A DNA stretch of 64,000 bases from an uncultured Sneathiellales bacterium (GTDB lineage: Bacteria > Pseudomonadota > Alphaproteobacteria > CAYFNG01): NCBI GenBank assembly GCA_964344385.1, contig CAYFNG010000004.1, positions 73,528-137,527 on the forward strand. The letters are read 5' to 3'. Below the pieces are notes generated by a model. It was not told where the DNA came from. It did no database searches and was given only the letters and a program-made list of their open reading frames with translations. Position 1 is the stretch's first letter, and every line of letters begins with the position of its first letter. Shown here piece by piece: positions 59,347 through 64,000 of the stretch. Both the position numbers and the translations under genes were made by a program.

Positions 59347-60309
59347 ATGACGGGCAATACCTATGATGACGGGCGGCTGGACCTGCCGTTTGTCGGACAT
59401 TGCAGTTTCGCCAAGCGGCCGATCTGCACCGACTGGGCCAAGATCGACGCCGATGTCGCGGTCCTGGGGGCGCCGTTTGATTTCGGAACCCAGTTTCGTG
59501 CCGGAGCGCGCTTCGGGCCGCGCGGTATCCGCGAGGCTTCGACCCTGTTCGCTTTTGGCCACGGTGGCGCCTATGACTTCGAGGACGACGTCACCTACCT
59601 GCCGGTCGACCAGGTCAGGATTGTCGATATCGGTGATGCCGATATCGTGCACACCGACACCGTACGCAGCCACGCCAACATCGAATCCGGCGTCCGGCAT
59701 ATCCTGGCCGCCGGGGCGATGCCGGTTGTCCTGGGCGGTGACCATTCGGTGCACATCCCCTGCATCAAAGCGTTTGACGACCAGTCGCCAGTGCACATCG
59801 TGCATGTCGATGCGCATCTGGATTTTGTCGATGAACGGCACGGGGTCCGCTATGGCCACGGCAATCCGTTGCGCCGTGCTTCGGAAATGGCCCATGTCAC
59901 CGGCATGACCCAGCTTGGGATCCGTAACGTGTCCTCCTCGAACCGGTCGGACTACGATGCAGCCCGGGCGGCCGGCTCGGACATCCTGTCGGTGCGTCAG
60001 GTGCGGGCCTTGGGGCCCGACGGCGTGCTTGCCCGTATCCCGCCGGGGGTGCGTTATTACCTGACCATCGACATCGACGGCTTCGACCCGTCGATCGCGC
60101 CGGGCACCGGCACGCCTAGCCATGGCGGGTTCCTGTACTACGAGGTGTTGGAAATCCTGCAGGGCCTAGCCGGCCGGGGCGACGTGGTCGGGATCGACCT
60201 GGTCGAGGTCGCGCCCGACTATGACCCGACCGGCAGCACGACCATTCTGGCGGCGCAATTGCTGCTCAACCTGCTGGGGTTTGTTTTTCACGCCCGCAGT
60301 GGCGGCTGA
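59347..60309 (+). CDS. ureohydrolase (arginase / agmatinase / guanidino-acid amidinohydrolase family)
   Basis: Binuclear-Mn motifs GGDHS, DAHLD and SIDIDGFDP are all present. Confidence 0.85.
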   Translation: MTGNTYDDGRLDLPFVGHCSFAKRPICTDWAKIDADVAVLGAPFDFGTQFRAGARFGPRGIREASTLFAFGHGGAYDFEDDVTYLPVDQVRIVDIGDADIVHTDTVRSHANIESGVRHILAAGAMPVVLGGDHSVHIPCIKAFDDQSPVHIVHVDAHLDFVDERHGVRYGHGNPLRRASEMAHVTGMTQLGIRNVSSSNRSDYDAARAAGSDILSVRQVRALGPDGVLARIPPGVRYYLTIDIDGFDPSIAPGTGTPSHGGFLYYEVLEILQGLAGRGDVVGIDLVEVAPDYDPTGSTTILAAQLLLNLLGFVFHARSGG

Positions 60310-60326
60310 AGCGGAAGGAGAATCCA

Positions 60327-61034
60327 ATGGTCCAGGGGGAATTGACGGCAGCCGATCTGGAGGCCCTGATCGCGTTCGATACGCCGACCATCTGCAATGC
60401 CCTGGAAATCGTGGCGCCGGACCGGCGAGCCACCGGCTTCACGACGGCGCCCCTGGTCGCGGCCGATCCCGAGTTGCCGCCGATCGTCGGCTATGCCCGG
60501 ACCGCGACGATCCGTGCGGTGACGCCGCCGCCCGGGTCGCCGGACGAGGTGCGGTCGCTGCGCGCCGCCTACTACGAATATGTCGCCGCCGCGCCGCGGC
60601 CGACCGTCGCCGTGATCCAGGACCTGGACCCCGCGCCCGGTTTCGGCGCGTTTTGGGGCGAGGTCAACACCAATGTCCACAAGGGGCTGGGGTGCTTGGG
60701 CTGCGTCACCAACGGTTCGATCCGGGACCTGGACATGCTTGCGCCGGGGTTCCAGTTGCTGGCCGGTATGGTCGGGCCCAGCCATGCCCATGTCCATATC
60801 GTGGATTTTGGGGCTGACGTGAACATTGCCGGCATGGCCGTGCGCGACGGTGACCTGATCCACGCCGACCGCCACGGCGCGGTGGTCGTTCCCGCTGCCG
60901 TGGTGCGGGACCTGCCGGCGGCCGTCGATCTGGTCAGCCGCCGCGAGAAGGTCATTCTGGATGCCTGTGCCGACCCGGAATTCGATATCGACATGTTGAA
61001 GCGGGCGATGTCGGAGTCCGCCGATATTCATTGA
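60327..61034 (+). CDS. RraA-family protein (RraA / 4-hydroxy-4-methyl-2-oxoglutarate aldolase - oxaloacetate decarboxylase-like)
   Basis: RraA-like fold blocks (GFGAFWGEVNT..., GCLGCVTNGSIRD, DGDLIHADRHGAVVVP). Confidence 0.75.
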   Translation: MVQGELTAADLEALIAFDTPTICNALEIVAPDRRATGFTTAPLVAADPELPPIVGYARTATIRAVTPPPGSPDEVRSLRAAYYEYVAAAPRPTVAVIQDLDPAPGFGAFWGEVNTNVHKGLGCLGCVTNGSIRDLDMLAPGFQLLAGMVGPSHAHVHIVDFGADVNIAGMAVRDGDLIHADRHGAVVVPAAVVRDLPAAVDLVSRREKVILDACADPEFDIDMLKRAMSESADIH

Positions 61035-61248
61035 GGTCAGGGCTCATTGATTGGTCCAACAGTGAATAGTTGCGGGGACCCAAGTCGCCGACATGAAACT
61101 ATGTGGGCAGCGGTCGTATCTGGTTGCGATGCACCGCCAATCCTTGCACGAGCGGGCCAACTTGGAACATTCACCCAACTCAGACTCTCGGCGTAGCCCA
61201 CAGGAAATTCAGCTTTGCGGACAAAGCCGACTTTCGAATAGCGTCACG

Positions 61249-61794
61249 TCAGTTCGACGCTTCGTCGACAAGCTTTCGGATGGTGTTCCAATTGCGTGCT
61301 GTTCCAGAACGGCCGAGCAGCTTTTCAAGGCGGCCTGGCACGAGCTTCGACCCAGCCACGCCTTTTTTGTAGTCGATGTAGGCCTCTCTGCCGATGACCT
61401 TGACACGTTCGGGCCCATCGAAGCTTTCAGTATCGGCGATTTGTGACGGCGTTGGCATAGCAGACATAAACAACACCAACATGTGGTTGGGGCGCTCTGC
61501 CGACGCTTCCGGGTACGGGTTTTTCGTTAGGACAGATTTCAAATCTCTCATTTTACGTAAGAACACTTCGTTCTGTAAATCGTGTGCGTCGATAATGGCG
61601 GCGAGGCTTCGGCCCATCTCGGCTTCCGTCAGCGTAGAGGTGAAAATGACATTTCCGGTAGCTAAAACCGTTCGAACATCCTTGAAGCCGGCACCTTCGC
61701 ATCCCTTGCGAAGCTGAGCCATTGACATCTTCTTGTGTGTCAAAGGGCCAATGGCGCGGACAAGGGCGATCCAAGTCTTCTCAGTTGAGCTCAT
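61249..61794 (-). CDS. DUF1697-family protein
   Basis: MSSTEKTWIALVRAI...MAQLRKGCEGAGFKDVRTVLATGNVIF matches the DUF1697 N-terminal pattern. It sits in a lower-GC islet. Confidence 0.65.
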   Translation of the reverse strand: MSSTEKTWIALVRAIGPLTHKKMSMAQLRKGCEGAGFKDVRTVLATGNVIFTSTLTEAEMGRSLAAIIDAHDLQNEVFLRKMRDLKSVLTKNPYPEASAERPNHMLVLFMSAMPTPSQIADTESFDGPERVKVIGREAYIDYKKGVAGSKLVPGRLEKLLGRSGTARNWNTIRKLVDEASN

Positions 61795-62056
61795 GCGCTC
61801 ACTCTATCAGGTTTGATCCTGTCCGCTACGAGCTCAAGCCAGCAGTTCGGACTTGTCGGACCACCAGCCGCTCATGGCACCTTGTTTCGTACTTGCGCCC
61901 TGTCGTTGATAGAACATGTCGGATTACCGTTGATGCTCGTTTTTTCGCCTAGAACACGCCGATTGACGCCGTTCGGCTGGTACAGAGCTAACAGGTCCTG
62001 AGCCTATATTGGGGCGGATCTCAGCCTCTACCAGTCGAGAATAGCGAAGCGGTCGG

Positions 62057-64000
62057 TCAATTTGCGCCCATCGCCGATTTTGGTGGATGTTGTAAATAGT
62101 CGACAATCTCGGCAGCCCCCGCAATCGGGAGGTAAAGACCAATGGACGTGCCTTGTCCGATCGTGCTTTCCACTGTCACCTCGCCGCCCGACTGTTTGAC
62201 GAAACCGTGCACCATGGAAAGGCCCAAGCCACTCCCCTCGCCGACGTCCTTGGTGGTGTAGAACGGCTCGAAGACCCGCTCCCGCACATTGGGCGCCATG
62301 CCACTGCCGATGTCCGTCACCGTGAGCCGTAGATAGGTACCGGCCGCGACTGCTTGACCAGCGATGATGGTTTCGGCGTCGAGGTCAACCCGGTCACTGG
62401 AAATCGTCAGGGTGCCGCCCTCTGGCATGGCGTCGCGGGCATTAACCGCCAGATTGAGGATTGCGTTCTCCAATTGGTGGGGGTCGACCTTGATCAGGGG
62501 AAGGTCGTCCGTCAGGTCGAGTTTCAAGGTGATCAGTTCGCCAACCGAACGCGAGACCATGTCGGCCAGGGAGCGGACCAGTTGATTGATATCGGTGTCG
62601 CTGACGTGCAGGGTCTGGCGGCGCGAATAGGCCAGAAGCCTGTGGGTCAATTTGGCGCCGCGGTCCGCCGCCGCGGCGGCACGGTCGGCGTACTGAACCA
62701 CCGAACGGTTGTTTCCGGCGGCATCGGCAAGCAGCTCGAGATTTCCAATGATGACGGCCAGCAAATTATTGAAGTCATGTGCGATTCCGCCGGTGAGCTG
62801 ACCCAGAACCTCCATCTTTTGGGCTTGGCGGAGTTGCTCTTCCAGTTCCTGGCGTTCGGTAATGTCAGCGGCGCTGGTCAGGACCACTTCCTCGCCCTCG
62901 AAGGTCATCACCTGCGAAGACATCAAAACCGTCCGAATTTGCCCGTTCGGGCATTTGAAGCTTTCCTGGAGATAGTCGACCCGTCGCTTCTCACCCAATT
63001 CCCGTTTGTACCGTTCCCAATGCTGTCGATCGGTCCACAGCTCGCGGGCCGTCAATTGGGAGAGATCTTCCGTAGTCCGTTCGAGGTAGTCTAATGCTGC
63101 CTTGTTTGCATAGCGGAACGTGCCGTCCTTCAGACTGTTGATCACCGTCAGGGCCGGCGAGGTTTCCGCAATCGCCCGGAAACGAGCCTCGCTTTCCGCC
63201 CGGGCCCGTTCCGCCTGTTTGCGTGAACTGATGTCGACGGCCAGGCTGAACAGGCCCTGGACGCTGCCATCGGGGGCGAAGTCGGGAACGAAGGTGACGT
63301 CGATTTCCCTGGTCTTGCCATCCGGGTACGTCACTGTCGGTTCGAATTTCTGGACCTCGGCGGCCAGCGCCTTGGTCAGCAGCGGTCCATAGGTTTGGTA
63401 CGTGTCTTCGCCCAGGACCTCAATGAAAGTCATGCCGATCACATCGTCGACCGGTCGATTGTACCAGGTCGCGGCGGTGGCATTGATAAACCGGTAACGC
63501 AGATCCTTGTCGAAATGCGCGATCAACGCCGGCAGATTGTCGGTGATCGTCTGGAGTTCGGAAGTGCGTTCGTTGACCAACTCGGCAAGGCGGTCACGCT
63601 GAAGCGACATTTCGACCGCGCGGGCCGCCTCCGTTTCGGCCCGTTTCCGGTCGGTTATGTCGATGGCGACGAAGTCGATAACCCCATTGGCGTGATCGAC
63701 AATCGCATGGGACTCCAGAATGATCTCGGTGCCGTCCTTTTTCCGGAACGTGTATTCGATCGGGTCGCCGGTGTTTTCCTGGTAGTGATCGAGCAGGCGC
63801 GCCCTGCTGCCGGGCGAGGCGATGTGATTGGTCGAAACGAATTCGGCCAAGAACTCTTCGACACTGGCATAGCCAAAAATGTCGGCCAGCTTCGGGTTGG
63901 CCATCAATGCCCGGCCATCGCTGATCGCGGTTTGGCCGATGCCCGCGGAAACGGTGTCGAAAAGACTGCGAAACCGGTTCTCGCTGTCGCGAAGCGTGGT
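62057..64000 (-). CDS. multi-PAS sensor histidine kinase (HisKA + HATPase_c), N-terminus beyond the window end
   Basis: PAS/PAC repeats, the H-box GGIAHDFNNLL, and N/G1/G2 boxes (NLAVNARDAM, DIGSGM, GSGLGLSMV). The frame stays open to nt 64000. Confidence 0.8.
   Translation of the reverse strand, partial: TTLRDSENRFRSLFDTVSAGIGQTAISDGRALMANPKLADIFGYASVEEFLAEFVSTNHIASPGSRARLLDHYQENTGDPIEYTFRKKDGTEIILESHAIVDHANGVIDFVAIDITDRKRAETEAARAVEMSLQRDRLAELVNERTSELQTITDNLPALIAHFDKDLRYRFINATAATWYNRPVDDVIGMTFIEVLGEDTYQTYGPLLTKALAAEVQKFEPTVTYPDGKTREIDVTFVPDFAPDGSVQGLFSLAVDISSRKQAERARAESEARFRAIAETSPALTVINSLKDGTFRYANKAALDYLERTTEDLSQLTARELWTDRQHWERYKRELGEKRRVDYLQESFKCPNGQIRTVLMSSQVMTFEGEEVVLTSAADITERQELEEQLRQAQKMEVLGQLTGGIAHDFNNLLAVIIGNLELLADAAGNNRSVVQYADRAAAAADRGAKLTHRLLAYSRRQTLHVSDTDINQLVRSLADMVSRSVGELITLKLDLTDDLPLIKVDPHQLENAILNLAVNARDAMPEGGTLTISSDRVDLDAETIIAGQAVAAGTYLRLTVTDIGSGMAPNVRERVFEPFYTTKDVGEGSGLGLSMVHGFVKQSGGEVTVESTIGQGTSIGLYLPIAGAAEIVDYLQHPPKSAMGAN

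Overview
The window is a high-GC (about 65%) chromosomal segment that looks alphaproteobacterial (Rhodospirillales-like). All gene calls below come from reading motifs by eye; no database search was run.

Most of the window is core or metabolic: recG / sdhE / mfd, gltB-gltD, ribB behind an FMN riboswitch, two SDRs, a D-2-hydroxyacid dehydrogenase, a PiT phosphate transporter with its DUF47 partner, a NfeD/SPFH pair, a Liv-type ABC transporter, and LysR and sigma54 regulators. Many long ORFs in the six-frame track are antisense shadows of real genes, as expected at this GC, and were rejected.

The regions worth a second look are:
- A translationally coupled operon of a non-pyrrolysine MttB-family methyltransferase and a dimethylglycine-dehydrogenase-family flavoenzyme (18577..22517), with a divergent LysR and a T-N11-A box. 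Together with an MFS + choline-sulfatase (betC-like) pair at 41922..44747, this looks like a quaternary-amine (choline-O-sulfate / glycine betaine) catabolic theme whose MttB step is uncharacterised in aerobes.
- A tight four-gene operon at 55632..61034: lipoprotein alkylsulfatase, AsnB-type amidotransferase, agmatinase-family ureohydrolase, RraA-like protein. I know of no described pathway with this composition.
- A globin-coupled-sensor-like globin domain with no recognisable output domain, 29 bp upstream of DUF47-PiT (28599..31305).
- A 264-bp IS630/Tc1-like MITE with TA duplications inserted exactly at the stop codon of an acyl-CoA-synthetase gene (28073..28336).
- tRNA-Phe directly abutted by a tRNA-like sequence (GUA anticodon, type-I body) whose acceptor stem cannot pair (32865..33007).
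- A PopA/PleD-like REC-REC-GGDEF protein with a degenerate active site (SGNEV) but an intact RxxD I-site (15212..16537).
- Two sigma54 -24/-12 promoters: one ahead of a SleB-like cell-wall hydrolase, one ahead of the ABC operon with three TGTC-N10-GACA upstream sites next to a PAS-AAA+ activator.
- A secreted, highly acidic repeat protein encoded by 21-bp tandem DNA repeats (1350..1718).
- A roughly 1-kb lower-GC islet carrying a DUF1697 gene (61040..62056).

No CRISPR array, integrase, transposase or classic defence-gene content was seen. A few of my hand-placed coordinates may be off by 1-2 nt.
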